NCBI GenBank assembly: GCA_018304425.1
Contig: JAGVWE010000002.1
Span: 64,001 to 128,000, forward strand
Direction: 5' to 3'
Source of the DNA: Candidatus Iainarchaeum sp.
Lineage (GTDB): Archaea > Iainarchaeota > Iainarchaeia > Iainarchaeales > UBA10219
DNA length: 64,000 bases
The first letter of the stretch is position 1; every line of letters starts with the position of its first letter. Position numbers and translations under genes: made by a program. This document shows positions 36,919-46,721 of this stretch, in pieces. The notes under the pieces were generated by a model. It was given only the letters and a program-made list of their open reading frames with translations. It did not search any database and was not told the DNA's origin.

Positions 36919-37746
36919 ATGAACCGAGGACTCGTGGCCCAGCTGGTCTTGCTGTTCCTGGCCACGCAGGCCCTCGGCTTGTTCACGGCGGACTACCTCG
37001 TCCGCGAAGGCGTGCGCGCGACCCTCGTCACGGACAACCCCGAGGACGTGGAAAACAGCCTCGGCTTGTTCGCCTACATCCTGGGCTTCACCGCGGTCCT
37101 GCTCGTGCTCATCAAGTTCCTCAAAGACCAGTGGCTGTACTGGGTCTTCAAGTGCCTGGAAACCGCGGCCGTCTTCTTCGCCTCCCTCCTGGTCTTCAAC
37201 GCGTTCACGGACAGCCTGCTCATCCTCCTGGCCGCGGCCGCCCTCGTGGTCGCACGGCTCTTCTTCACGGCCAACCTCTGGCTGCGCAACCTGGCCACGG
37301 TGTTGTCCACGGCTGGCGCTGGCGCGCTCATCGGGGTATCGCTTGGCGTGTGGCCGGTCGCGGTATTGCTGGGCCTGTTATGCGTCTACGACTACGTGGC
37401 GGTGTTCAAGACCAAGCACATGGTGACCCTTGCGAAATCGGTTGCCTCGAAAAACCTTTCCTTCACCTACGCCTTGCCCACCAAGGAACACGTCTTCGAG
37501 TTGGGGGCAGGAGACATGGTGATGCCGTTGACGTTTGCGGCCAGCGCGTTGGCGGCCGCGAAGACCGCGCACGCCTTCCCCCTCTACTGGGTGCCATCGG
37601 CCGCCGTCCTGGTGGCTTCCCTGGCCGGGTTGCTGGCCACGCTCCTCTACGCCTCGAAGCGCGCCGGAAAACCCCTGCCCGCGCTGCCCCTCCAAGGCGC
37701 GCTCATGCTCGCGGCATGGGGCGCGACGAAGCTGGCGGGATTCTAA
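36919..37746 (+). CDS. Presenilin/SPP-like GxGD intramembrane aspartyl protease
   Basis: YD (VYDYVAV), GxGD (LGAGD) and PALP motifs. Confidence 0.92.
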   Translation: MNRGLVAQLVLLFLATQALGLFTADYLVREGVRATLVTDNPEDVENSLGLFAYILGFTAVLLVLIKFLKDQWLYWVFKCLETAAVFFASLLVFNAFTDSLLILLAAAALVVARLFFTANLWLRNLATVLSTAGAGALIGVSLGVWPVAVLLGLLCVYDYVAVFKTKHMVTLAKSVASKNLSFTYALPTKEHVFELGAGDMVMPLTFAASALAAAKTAHAFPLYWVPSAAVLVASLAGLLATLLYASKRAGKPLPALPLQGALMLAAWGATKLAGF

Positions 37747-38348
37747 GACCGCTTGCGCACGTCGAAGGCGTCGGCGAGCGCCAGGGGGATGATTACCATA
37801 TAGTCGGGGGCCGCGGGCCGGCGGCCGGGCCGCCCCCTCATGATCCAGCGCCAAACGGCTTCCAGGTAGGCTTCTTGGGCTTGGGCCACGGCCTGCTCCA
37901 GGTGGACGGGCACTGTGGTTTTTCGCTCTACCCATTCCGGTTTCCACCGGATGCCCGGCGGCAAAAGAGGGGCTTCAGCCAAGGCCCTGCCCATGATGGC
38001 GGCCTGCCGGCGGATTTCCACGGAGTCGGTGAGGCCGGAGAACAACTGTTTTTTCGAGAAGGGGCCGGCGCGCACCAGGCCGGGCAATCGCCCTCCCAAT
38101 ATTTTTCGGGCCATGGCTTCGTTGGCGCTGGTGGCAAACGACCGGATGCCCTGGAAGAGCCGGTAGAGTTCGGCCTCGATTTCCCGCGGCTCTTCCCTCC
38201 CAGGCAGGCTGAAGAGGGCGCGGAAGGCGACCGCGGTGGGCGGCCAGACCCTCGACGGCCGCTTTTCCTCCGGCGGCGGAGGGGAGCGCGGCAGGTTTTG
38301 GAAGACTTGTCGGCGGGCTTTTCCTCTTCGAGCGCGGCGTCCCGGCAT
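37743..38348 (-). CDS. Orphan protein with Arg/Pro-rich N-terminus
   Basis: MPGRRARRGKARRQ...PPPP; fills the gap between convergent/tandem genes. Confidence 0.6.
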   Translation of the reverse strand: MPGRRARRGKARRQVFQNLPRSPPPPEEKRPSRVWPPTAVAFRALFSLPGREEPREIEAELYRLFQGIRSFATSANEAMARKILGGRLPGLVRAGPFSKKQLFSGLTDSVEIRRQAAIMGRALAEAPLLPPGIRWKPEWVERKTTVPVHLEQAVAQAQEAYLEAVWRWIMRGRPGRRPAAPDYMVIIPLALADAFDVRKRS

Positions 38349-38360
38349 GTGCATTTCACC

Positions 38361-38975
38361 TCAGTGGAACCCCAACAATCCCTTGGCTGCTTCGAAGGCG
38401 GCGAAGCCGAACAACGAGTAGAGGACGTAGCGGATGGTCTTGCCGCCCCAGGCCGCGGCGAAGAACTTGACGGGGTTGAACTTGATTAAACCGGCTGCCA
38501 TGCCGATGACGTCGAAGGGGAAGGGGATTATCGCGATGAGGAAGATGAAGGGCATGCCGCGTTGCTCGATTTTTTTCGCGACCGCGTCGACTTTCCGGAT
38601 GTCAATTTCCTTGACGGCTTCCACGGCCTTGCGGCCCATGGCGCCGGCGAGGTAAGCCGTCATCTCGCCGATGGCGGCGCCGGTGCCGGAGACGAAGCCG
38701 ACGATGACGCGGTCGAGGAGGCTCTGGCTGGCCAGGCCGACCAGGGAGGGGTTTGCGCCGACCGCCACGACGATGACTTCCACGCCCAAGGGGAAGAGGA
38801 TGGTGGCGTTGGCGGCAATCGAGATGACGAACAAGCCCAGCAAGCCATAGGTGCGGATGAATGTTGAGGGGTTGAATTCGGCTTCCTGCAAGGCGAAGAA
38901 CAGCATGACCAAGAAGGCCAGCCCCAGCACGCCCAAGTAGAGCCACTGCGTTCGGGAAAGCTTCTTGCGCCGCAT
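38361..38975 (-). CDS. DedA/VTT (SNARE-associated) membrane protein
   Basis: GAAIGEMTAYLAG, IPFPFDVIGMAAG, GKTIRY. Confidence 0.9.
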   Translation of the reverse strand: MRRKKLSRTQWLYLGVLGLAFLVMLFFALQEAEFNPSTFIRTYGLLGLFVISIAANATILFPLGVEVIVVAVGANPSLVGLASQSLLDRVIVGFVSGTGAAIGEMTAYLAGAMGRKAVEAVKEIDIRKVDAVAKKIEQRGMPFIFLIAIIPFPFDVIGMAAGLIKFNPVKFFAAAWGGKTIRYVLYSLFGFAAFEAAKGLLGFH

Positions 38976-39040
38976 AAAAGCCCTTGGCCAACCGATTTAA
39001 GGCGTTCTGATTTATTAACCTATTTGTGGGCAAATAAGGT

Positions 39041-39445
39041 ATGGAGTATAGCAGGATGCTGGAACGCGCGTACATGTCCTTGCCCAAGGAGAGCCTGACC
39101 AAGGAACGGTTCCAGATGCCGGCCGTGGACAGCATGATCCAGGGCAGCAAGACCCTGGTCCGCAACTTCGACCAGTTGTTGAAGGCCATGGAGCGGACCG
39201 AGGAACACGTGTGCAAGTTCCTGACCAAGGAATTCGGCACCGCGGTCTCGCCGGACAAGGGCAAGCTCGTGCTCAACGGAAAATTCGGCTTGATCCAGGT
39301 CACCCACGCCTTCGAGAGCTACTTGAAGCAGTACGTGTTGTGCCACGAGTGCGGCAAACCCGACACGCACATCATGGGCGAGCACGGCGTGAAAATGCTG
39401 AAGTGCCAGGCCTGCGGCGCCATGAGCCCGGTGCGGAAATTGTGA
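39041..39445 (+). CDS. eif2b: Translation initiation factor aIF2 beta
   Basis: ERFQMP, KTLVRNF, YVLCHECGKPDT, CQACG. Confidence 0.95.
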   Translation: MEYSRMLERAYMSLPKESLTKERFQMPAVDSMIQGSKTLVRNFDQLLKAMERTEEHVCKFLTKEFGTAVSPDKGKLVLNGKFGLIQVTHAFESYLKQYVLCHECGKPDTHIMGEHGVKMLKCQACGAMSPVRKL

Positions 39446-39753
39446 AACGAGGCGAATGGGTGTACGCCAAACTCCATCGGACCCCGAACTCGGTCGTGCT
39501 CGCATGCTGTGGCAAGGAGTGGGTGGGAAAGGTCTTGGAAGACGAGCGGCATTTTTTCGAGGTGAAGGCCTCCTTTTACCAGGGCCAGTTGGTGGACGAG
39601 GCGGGCCTGGAAAAGCTCTTGCTCGAGGCAGACAACATAAACTTGTTCGGCGATAAACCCGTGCGCGTGGCCCTCGCGAAAGGGTTTATTAAGGAAAGCG
39701 ATGTAATTAGGGTGAAAGGGGTTCCCCACACGAATATCTTCAAGTTCAGGTGA
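39442..39753 (+). CDS. DUF424-family protein
   Basis: VVLACC, FYQG, NLFG, GVPH; canonical position next to aIF2 beta; start uncertain (39442 or 39460). Confidence 0.82.
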   Translation: MKRGEWVYAKLHRTPNSVVLACCGKEWVGKVLEDERHFFEVKASFYQGQLVDEAGLEKLLLEADNINLFGDKPVRVALAKGFIKESDVIRVKGVPHTNIFKFR

Positions 39754-39757
39754 CTGT

Positions 39758-40090
39758 TTGAGCAAGAAAGAAGAAGTGGCGATGGAGCAGAAGCGGCAGG
39801 AAGAAATCCGGAAAATCCGGTTGCCAAAGAGGGATACCCTCGAACAATTCGGTTTGATCACGCAACTGGTGGGCGGCTTCCACATCAAAGCGCTCTGCGA
39901 GGACGGGCAGGAAAGGATTTGCCGCATCCCCGGCAAGATGAAGAAACGAATCTGGATGCGGTTGAACGACATCGTTATTTTGAAGCTATGGGACTTCCAA
40001 CCCATCAAGGCCGACATCGTGTGGCGGTTCACGGAAGTCCAGGCCCACCACCTCAAGAACAAGGGCTACCTCCAGAAACTGCCCTACTGA
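39758..40090 (+). CDS. eif1a: Translation initiation factor aIF1A
   Basis: RLPK, CEDGQERICRIPGKMKKRIW, KADIVWRF. Confidence 0.95.
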   Translation: MSKKEEVAMEQKRQEEIRKIRLPKRDTLEQFGLITQLVGGFHIKALCEDGQERICRIPGKMKKRIWMRLNDIVILKLWDFQPIKADIVWRFTEVQAHHLKNKGYLQKLPY

Positions 40091-40099
40091 GGCGGCCGC

Positions 40100-40984
40100 A
40101 TGTGGTGGGCGATTTTATCGGTTGCGGCATCTTTTTGCTGGGCGCTGGCCAACGTCAACGACAAGTTTATCTTATCGCATTGGGTGAAGAAGCCCATCGT
40201 CAACGTGCTGGCCGTGGGCTTGACGAGCCTCCTGGCCAGCGTGGTCGTGTACTTCACGCAACCCCTTGGCGCGCTCACCTGGTTCCAGTTGGCGGTGGCG
40301 ATAGTGGCGGGAACCGCGTACATTGCCACCAACCTCTTATACTTTGAAGCCGTCAAGCGCGAGGAAATCTCGCGCGTCGTGCCCGTGCTCTACCTATACC
40401 CTCTGTTCGTCGCGGGCCTGGCCGCCTTCTTTCTCGGCGAGGTTTTCCTGCCAGCCAAGTACGTCGGCGTTTTCCTCCTGGTGGCGGGTGCCATCCTGGT
40501 GGCCAAGAAAAAGAGGTTCCGCTTGAAGTCGAAGAAGGCAATCGCCTTCGCGGTGCTGGCCGCAATGGCTTCCGCCGTGGACGTGGTGTCCGTCAAGTAC
40601 CTGCTGGGCTACGCCGACTACTGGACGGTGTTCTTCTACGCCAGCCTCGGGGGGCTGCCCCTCTTGTTGCCCTTGCTGGTATGGCACGGCCACAAGCTCG
40701 CACGCACGGTTAGGACGCGGGGCGCGAAAATCGTGGTGGGCCTGGGGGCCAGCAACGCCCTCAACACCCTGGCCACCCTCCTGTTCATTGCGGCCACCAG
40801 TTCAGGCTATGCCACGCTCACCAGCGCGCTGGGCTCGGTGCAGCCCCTCTTCACGCTGTTGCTGGGGGTGGGCCTGGCCAGGCTGTGGCCCGGCGCGATA
40901 CGGGAAAACCTGGACCACAGCATCCTCCGCCAAAAGTTTTTGGCGGTGTGCCTCGTGATCGCGGGCGTGGTGCTGATTACGTAA
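40100..40984 (+). CDS. EamA/DMT-family transporter
   Basis: About 10 TM helices in two repeats; EISRVVP, FLGE. Confidence 0.88.
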   Translation: MWWAILSVAASFCWALANVNDKFILSHWVKKPIVNVLAVGLTSLLASVVVYFTQPLGALTWFQLAVAIVAGTAYIATNLLYFEAVKREEISRVVPVLYLYPLFVAGLAAFFLGEVFLPAKYVGVFLLVAGAILVAKKKRFRLKSKKAIAFAVLAAMASAVDVVSVKYLLGYADYWTVFFYASLGGLPLLLPLLVWHGHKLARTVRTRGAKIVVGLGASNALNTLATLLFIAATSSGYATLTSALGSVQPLFTLLLGVGLARLWPGAIRENLDHSILRQKFLAVCLVIAGVVLIT

Positions 40985-41019
40985 AAGGGGTTAAATAGGG
41001 GTTTGGAGTAATTCTAGGT

Positions 41020-41826
41020 ATGGCCGACGAGAAAATCAACGTCTACCGGTTTATCAAGGACGAGGACCTGCGGAAGACGTTCGCCAAGGTGTTCGACCAG
41101 AACACCATCATGGCGTGCCACAAGCTGTCCACGAAGGGCTTGTTTGACGTCGTCGAATACCTCATCAACGTGGGCAAGGAAGCCCACGTGTTCCGCGCCC
41201 GCGACTCGTCCGGGAACTTCCGCGCCGTGAAAATCTACAAGACGGAGACCAGCGACTTCAAGCACATGGACAAGTACCTGGTCGGGGACGAGCGGTTCAG
41301 GGACGTGCGCCGCGACAAGCGCGACATCGTGTTCGCGTGGACGCGCAAGGAACACAACAACCTGGACCTGATGGCAAAGGCCGGGGTCCGCGTGCCGCTG
41401 CCCTATGGCTTCCACGAAAACCTCCTGGTCATGGAGTTCATCGGCCGCGAGGGAGTTGCCGCGAAGACGCTGTTCGCGGGCGGGTGCAGGGATTACGAGA
41501 AGGCGTATGAAACCGTGGTGGACTGGATGGCGCGACTCTACTTCAAGGCCAACCTCATCCACGCGGACTTGAGCGAGTACAACGTCCTCGTCAACGTGGA
41601 CGCGAGGGACCGGGAAGAACTGGTGCTCATCGACTGCGGCCAATCGGTTTTGGCCTCGCATCCCATGGCCCAGGAATTCTTCGAACGCGACGTCAGGAAC
41701 GTGGCCAAGTACTTCCAGAAGCAGGGCGTGGACACTGACTATGCGAGGGCCTATGCGGCGGTCAAGGCGTTGAAGGCCAAGTATGCCGCTGCCGCGCCGG
41801 CGCGGGGCGGCAAGGGCAAAAAATAG
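41020..41826 (+). CDS. rio1: RIO1 serine kinase
   Basis: GKEAHVF, AVKIY, LIHADLSEYNVL, IDCGQSV. Confidence 0.95.
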   Translation: MADEKINVYRFIKDEDLRKTFAKVFDQNTIMACHKLSTKGLFDVVEYLINVGKEAHVFRARDSSGNFRAVKIYKTETSDFKHMDKYLVGDERFRDVRRDKRDIVFAWTRKEHNNLDLMAKAGVRVPLPYGFHENLLVMEFIGREGVAAKTLFAGGCRDYEKAYETVVDWMARLYFKANLIHADLSEYNVLVNVDARDREELVLIDCGQSVLASHPMAQEFFERDVRNVAKYFQKQGVDTDYARAYAAVKALKAKYAAAAPARGGKGKK

Positions 41827-41934
41827 GCTGTTTCTGCCAATGGCGGGCGTAAAAGGCCTGCATTGGCTGGGCGGGCGAACGTTCCCTTTATATATATTAC
41901 ACACTTTAACTTTAGCTGAAGAGAGGGGCATGGA

Positions 41935-42465
41935 ATGCAAGTCGAGTATTTGAAGGTGCCCCAGGACCGCATCGCTGTTTTGATTGGTCCCAAGGGCCAC
42001 ACCAAGAAGGAAATCGAGCGTAAGTGCAAGGTCAAGCTCTCGGTGGACAGCGAGTCGGGGGAAGCCGAGATTTCGGCCAAGGAAGACGGCTTCGGGGCCC
42101 ACAAGGCCGCGAGCGTCGTGAAGGCCTTGGCGCGGGGTTTCAGTCCCGGGCACGCGTTCCGCCTCTTCAGCGACGAGTATTACTTGGAGGTCATCGAGTT
42201 GCCGGATCTCCTCGGGAAGTCCTCAAAGGCCCAGCAGCAGAAAAAGGGAAGAGTGATTGGAGCGTCGGGGAGGGCCCGCGAGGAAATCGAGAAGCGCACG
42301 GGGGCCTCTGTCTCCGTGTACGGGAAGACCATTTGCATCATCGGCCGACAGGAAGAAGTCGAGCGCGCGCGCAACGCCGTCGAAATGCTGTTGGAGGGCG
42401 CAAACCACGAAACCGTGTTCGACCGCCTGAAGAAGGAAATGAGGGTCAGCAAATTCGAGTTATGA
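41935..42465 (+). CDS. KH-domain rRNA processing protein (Dim2/Pno1)
   Basis: IAVLIGPKG, ARGFSP, GRVIGASG, SVYGKT. Confidence 0.93.
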   Translation: MQVEYLKVPQDRIAVLIGPKGHTKKEIERKCKVKLSVDSESGEAEISAKEDGFGAHKAASVVKALARGFSPGHAFRLFSDEYYLEVIELPDLLGKSSKAQQQKKGRVIGASGRAREEIEKRTGASVSVYGKTICIIGRQEEVERARNAVEMLLEGANHETVFDRLKKEMRVSKFEL

Positions 42466-42484
42466 TTGCAACGGGGAAACTGGA

Positions 42485-44314
42485 ATGGCCAAAGAAGAAA
42501 AAAAGGGGAAAGCGGCGGACGAAGCCATCACCGAAGAGGAAGCAGTTGTCCCGCAGGCGGCGGCCAAGGCGGGGGCGGCACCCGACGCCAAGGCGGGCCT
42601 GACCGCGGAGGACCTGGCCAAGGAGTTCAAGGAGCACTCGGTGGCGGAGTTCTTCAAGAAAAACAAGCAGATGATCGGCTTCGTGGGAAAAATCAGGACG
42701 CTGACCACGATCGTCCACGAGTACGTGACCAATTCCCTGGATGCCTGCGAGGAAGCGCGGATTCTGCCGGACATCGAGGTGCAGTTGACGGAGTTGGGCA
42801 ACGAGTTCTATGAGGTAACGGTGAAGGACAACGGCCCGGGGTTGACCAATGAGACCGTTGGAAAGGCCTTGGGCCAGCTCCTGGCGGGAACCAAGTTCCA
42901 CCGGATGGTGCAGATGCGGGGCCAGCAGGGGATTGGAGCCAGCGGCTGCACGATGCTCTCGCAGACCACCACGGGCAAGGCCACGAAAGTCATCACCGGC
43001 ACGGGCAATGGCAAGCCCCTGCAAGCCGAAATCATGATTGACCCCAAGAAAAACGAGCCCAAGGTCATGAACTTGAAGGAACTCGGCCGGGAGTTCAAGG
43101 GCACGGTCATCAAGGCCCAGTTCAAGGACGTCAAGTACATCAACTCCGAGCAGAGCCCCATGGAGTATCTTAGGAGGACGGCCATCTCGAACCCGCACGC
43201 GCGCATCAAGTTCATCGAGCCCTCGGGGCAGGTGACGATTTTCGAGCGCAGCCTGAAGTACATCCCGGAGCGGCCCGTGGAAGTCAAGCCCCACCCCAAG
43301 GGGGTCACGGTGGACGAACTGCTCACGCTCGCCAAGTACACGGAGGCAAGGAAGGTCGGGAGCTTTTTGAAGAACGAGTTCGACCGGATGGGCGACAAGT
43401 CGGTCGAGGAAATCGCGAAAAAGATTTCGTTTGACGTCAACAAGGACCCGCGGAAGCTGACGTGGGAGGAGTCCGAGGAAATCATCAAGCGCTTCAAGGA
43501 AATGGATTTCATTGCCCCGCGCACGGACGGCCTGCGCGCCATCGGCGAGGAACGCATCCGGAAGAGCCTGGAAAGCATTGTCCAGCCCGAGTTCATTTCG
43601 ACGGTGACGCGGAAGCCCCAGGTGTATTCGGGGGGCTACGCGTTCCAGGTCGAGGTCGCGGTGGCGTATGGCGGGAACGCGGGCCGGATGGCCGTGCAGG
43701 AGGACGGGGCGGAGGTCCGGAAGATGGAAGTCATGCGGTTCGCGAACCGTGCGCCCTTGCTGTTTGACGGGGGCTCGTGTGCGACGACCAAGGCCATCGA
43801 GTCCCTGGACTGGAAGCGGTACGGCATCAAGGACATGGAGAACACGCCTTTGACGGTGTTCGTCAACCTGTTGTCGGTGCACATCCCCTATACTTCGGCG
43901 GGCAAGCAGGCCATTGCCGAGGAACCCGAGGTCGTGGAGGAAATCCGGCTGGCCCTCATGGAGTCGCTGCGGAAGACGGGCAGGTACATCATCACCAAGC
44001 GCAAGGAAGCCGAGAAGCAGTTGAAGCGCGAGATGTTCTTGAAGTACATCCCCGAGGTCGCGACCGCGTTGAGCCAGATAACCAGGGAAGACAAGAAGAA
44101 CCTGGAAAAGAACCTGGAAAAACTGGTATTGGACAAGTTGAAGTTGGAGGAAGCCATCGAGGCCGAGAAGCTCAAGAAAGACCATGAAGCCATCGAAGCC
44201 GAAATCGAGGGGAGAACCGAGGTGGCGGAAGAAGAGCGCATCGAGGGCGGTGGCGGAATCAAGACCCGGAAGGCCCGGAAACCCGTGGCGGCCAGGAAGG
44301 CGGGGGAAAAGTAG
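42485..44314 (+). CDS. top6B: DNA topoisomerase VI subunit B
   Basis: SVAEFF, EYVTNSLDA, DNGPG, RGQQGIG, RFANRAPL. Confidence 0.97.
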   Translation: MAKEEKKGKAADEAITEEEAVVPQAAAKAGAAPDAKAGLTAEDLAKEFKEHSVAEFFKKNKQMIGFVGKIRTLTTIVHEYVTNSLDACEEARILPDIEVQLTELGNEFYEVTVKDNGPGLTNETVGKALGQLLAGTKFHRMVQMRGQQGIGASGCTMLSQTTTGKATKVITGTGNGKPLQAEIMIDPKKNEPKVMNLKELGREFKGTVIKAQFKDVKYINSEQSPMEYLRRTAISNPHARIKFIEPSGQVTIFERSLKYIPERPVEVKPHPKGVTVDELLTLAKYTEARKVGSFLKNEFDRMGDKSVEEIAKKISFDVNKDPRKLTWEESEEIIKRFKEMDFIAPRTDGLRAIGEERIRKSLESIVQPEFISTVTRKPQVYSGGYAFQVEVAVAYGGNAGRMAVQEDGAEVRKMEVMRFANRAPLLFDGGSCATTKAIESLDWKRYGIKDMENTPLTVFVNLLSVHIPYTSAGKQAIAEEPEVVEEIRLALMESLRKTGRYIITKRKEAEKQLKREMFLKYIPEVATALSQITREDKKNLEKNLEKLVLDKLKLEEAIEAEKLKKDHEAIEAEIEGRTEVAEEERIEGGGGIKTRKARKPVAARKAGEK

Positions 44315-44324
44315 GTGAACGCTT

Positions 44325-45467
44325 ATGGCAGACAAGAATAAAGTGAAAGTCAGGGTCTCGGAAAGGGAAAAGGAGAAGCCCAAAGACATAGCCAAGAAAA
44401 TCAAGGGCCTCGCGGAAGGCGTGGTCCAGGAGATAAAGAAGCACAAGGACCCCACCTTCATCACCATGCAGCGGGGCAAGGGCAACGTCGAATTCGATGA
44501 AGCACAGGGCTTCATCGTGTTGGGCGAGAAGAGCACGACCCGGAACTTCCTCAACATCGGGCACGCCCGGAAGTTCATGCAGACCATGATGGTGATGGCG
44601 AAGAGCCACAACTACTTGAACGAGAACAAGACGGCCTCCATCCGTGAGATTTACTACGAATTGAAGCACACCCTGGGAACGACCAAGGAAAACACCTTCG
44701 AAGAGCAAAGCGAGTCGGATGCCTGCATCGTTGACCTCGAACACGCGATTGACTCTATCCGGGAAAAGCTGAACCTGCACGCGAACCCCAAGGGCACGCT
44801 TTACGGGGACATCACGCTGAAGGACCGGATGCACAACAACGACACCTTCAACGCGGCCAAGCTGGGAAGGGGTGGCTGGAGCATCATGTCGCGCCTGGAA
44901 CCCGACGAAATCGAGATTGTTTCCTGCAAGGCCGACTACGTGCTGGTCATCGAGACCGAGGCCATGTTCGAGCGGCTCATCGAGGAAGGCTTTGCCAAGA
45001 AGCACAAGGCCATCCTCATTGGAACAGGAGGACAGGCGGCGAGGGGGACGCGGAGGCTGGTGCACCGGCTGCACACCGAGGAAAAGCTGCCCGTGTATGT
45101 TTTCACCGATGGTGACCCTTACGGCTGGTACATTTACTCGGTCATCAAGCAGGGTTCCATGGCTTTGGCCGCGCACTCCGAGTTCCTGGCGTGCCCGAAC
45201 GCGAAGTACATCGGCATGACGTTGGAGGACGTTGACGACTACAAGTTGCAGGACGTCACGGAAAAGATGAAGGACGGCGACATCAAGCGGGCCAAGGAAA
45301 TGCTTGACTATCCCTGGTTCCAGAACAAGCCCTGGCAGAACGAGTTGAAGATGGCGCTGGACCGGAAGATCAGGATCGAACAGCAAGCCCTGGCGCATAG
45401 GTCGCTTGACTTCGTGGCCAAGGAATACCTGCCGAAAAAGATAAAGAACGAAGTGTTCCTCCCGTGA
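44325..45467 (+). CDS. top6A: DNA topoisomerase VI subunit A
   Basis: REIYY catalytic Tyr, TOPRIM IE and FTDGDPYG, EQQAL. Confidence 0.97.
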   Translation: MADKNKVKVRVSEREKEKPKDIAKKIKGLAEGVVQEIKKHKDPTFITMQRGKGNVEFDEAQGFIVLGEKSTTRNFLNIGHARKFMQTMMVMAKSHNYLNENKTASIREIYYELKHTLGTTKENTFEEQSESDACIVDLEHAIDSIREKLNLHANPKGTLYGDITLKDRMHNNDTFNAAKLGRGGWSIMSRLEPDEIEIVSCKADYVLVIETEAMFERLIEEGFAKKHKAILIGTGGQAARGTRRLVHRLHTEEKLPVYVFTDGDPYGWYIYSVIKQGSMALAAHSEFLACPNAKYIGMTLEDVDDYKLQDVTEKMKDGDIKRAKEMLDYPWFQNKPWQNELKMALDRKIRIEQQALAHRSLDFVAKEYLPKKIKNEVFLP

Positions 45468-45476
45468 TGCGGGGAA

Positions 45477-46721
45477 TCACTTTTCCTTTTTCGCCGTCAA
45501 CAGGGCCAGGGCCTCGTCGAGCTTGTCTTCGGCCAGCAACTCGAAGACCCTTCTCGCGTCGAAGGCCTTGTTGAAGTCCGTTTCTTCGAGGTTCTTCTCC
45601 AGCATGTCGAGGCCCATCTGGGCCAGGGACTTGCGGCTCTGCTGGAGTTCCCGCAGTTCGGCAATCTTTTTCTTGAAGTCCACGGAAACGAAGTCCTTGT
45701 CGAGCGAGAAAATGGCCTTGCCCTCGTACTTCTTCTCGAGCTCGGAGAGTGGGATGTCGGCCTGTGAATGGCCCTTGGCCAGGGAGCCGACGAGCTTGAG
45801 TCGGATCATCGGAGGCATGCCGTTTCCGTTGGTGGCCAGGTCGGCTTGGATGAGCTGCTCGGCCTTCTCCGCCACCTGCTGGGGCAGGACCGCGTTAAAC
45901 CGCTCCTTATGGTAGAATAAACGCCTTTGGCGGGGGAGTTCCACGAATTCCAGTTTCTTTGTCCGGGTGTCATAGAAGTGAATGCCCTTCCGCTGCTGGG
46001 CCTCCAGGTTCTTCATCTGGGTGTGAATGGTCGAGCCCGTCAAGAGGAACGTGCAGTGGTCGCCCAAGGGGGTGATGCTGTGCCAGTGCAGGTGCCCGTT
46101 GACGATCAAGTCGAAGTCGCGGGGCAGGTTTTCCAGTGAAATCGTGGAAACCATGGGGTCGTCCGCGGGGAGGAACTCGTTGATGGACTGGTGCAAGACC
46201 AGGAGGTTGGTCGCTCCCGGCACCGGCCTGGGGTTCCATCGCTTGAGCGCGTCCAAGGCATACTTTTCCGGCACCCCGCTCAAGCCGTGCACTGCGACTT
46301 TCTCGTCGCCCTTTTCGAGTAGGGCGATGGACGCGTGGAGGTAGACGAGGTAGCCCGCGTTTTCATAGACTTCCAGGATGTTGGTGTGGTCCTTGCTCCG
46401 GTACTCGTGGGTGCCGTGGATGGAAATAATTGGGACGCCGTGGAAGTCGGTGGGCTTCGAGGAGCCGTCGCGCTCGCGCACCGAGATTTTGATGCCGGAC
46501 TTCGGCGCCTGATAGGCTTTGCCGAAGACGCGGAAGCCCTCCGCCAGGACCCTTGCATCCGGCGTGTTCTCGTCGAACAAGTCCCCGGCCAAGACGATGG
46601 CGTCCGCACCCCCCTGCAGGGCCAAGTCAAAGGCTTGCACGCAGTTCTCATAGCTTTCCTCGGCGCGTTGGCCGCGAAAGGAGTAACCCAGGTGGGTGTC
46701 CGAGAAGAGGGCTAGTTTCAT
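45477..46721 (-). CDS. mre11: DNA repair nuclease Mre11
   Basis: SDTHLG, AGDLFD, IHGTHE, LHQS, GHLH phosphoesterase motifs. Confidence 0.9.
   Translation of the reverse strand: MKLALFSDTHLGYSFRGQRAEESYENCVQAFDLALQGGADAIVLAGDLFDENTPDARVLAEGFRVFGKAYQAPKSGIKISVRERDGSSKPTDFHGVPIISIHGTHEYRSKDHTNILEVYENAGYLVYLHASIALLEKGDEKVAVHGLSGVPEKYALDALKRWNPRPVPGATNLLVLHQSINEFLPADDPMVSTISLENLPRDFDLIVNGHLHWHSITPLGDHCTFLLTGSTIHTQMKNLEAQQRKGIHFYDTRTKKLEFVELPRQRRLFYHKERFNAVLPQQVAEKAEQLIQADLATNGNGMPPMIRLKLVGSLAKGHSQADIPLSELEKKYEGKAIFSLDKDFVSVDFKKKIAELRELQQSRKSLAQMGLDMLEKNLEETDFNKAFDARRVFELLAEDKLDEALALLTAKKEK

Noticed and set aside
42446-45398. Long minus-strand ORFs (721 aa, 379 aa) and similar long alternates across the window
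   Set aside because: Antisense shadows of top6B/top6A caused by high GC3; no motifs
45477-46721. mre11 without adjacent rad50/herA/nurA
   Set aside because: Partners may lie elsewhere in the genome; cannot be judged from this window
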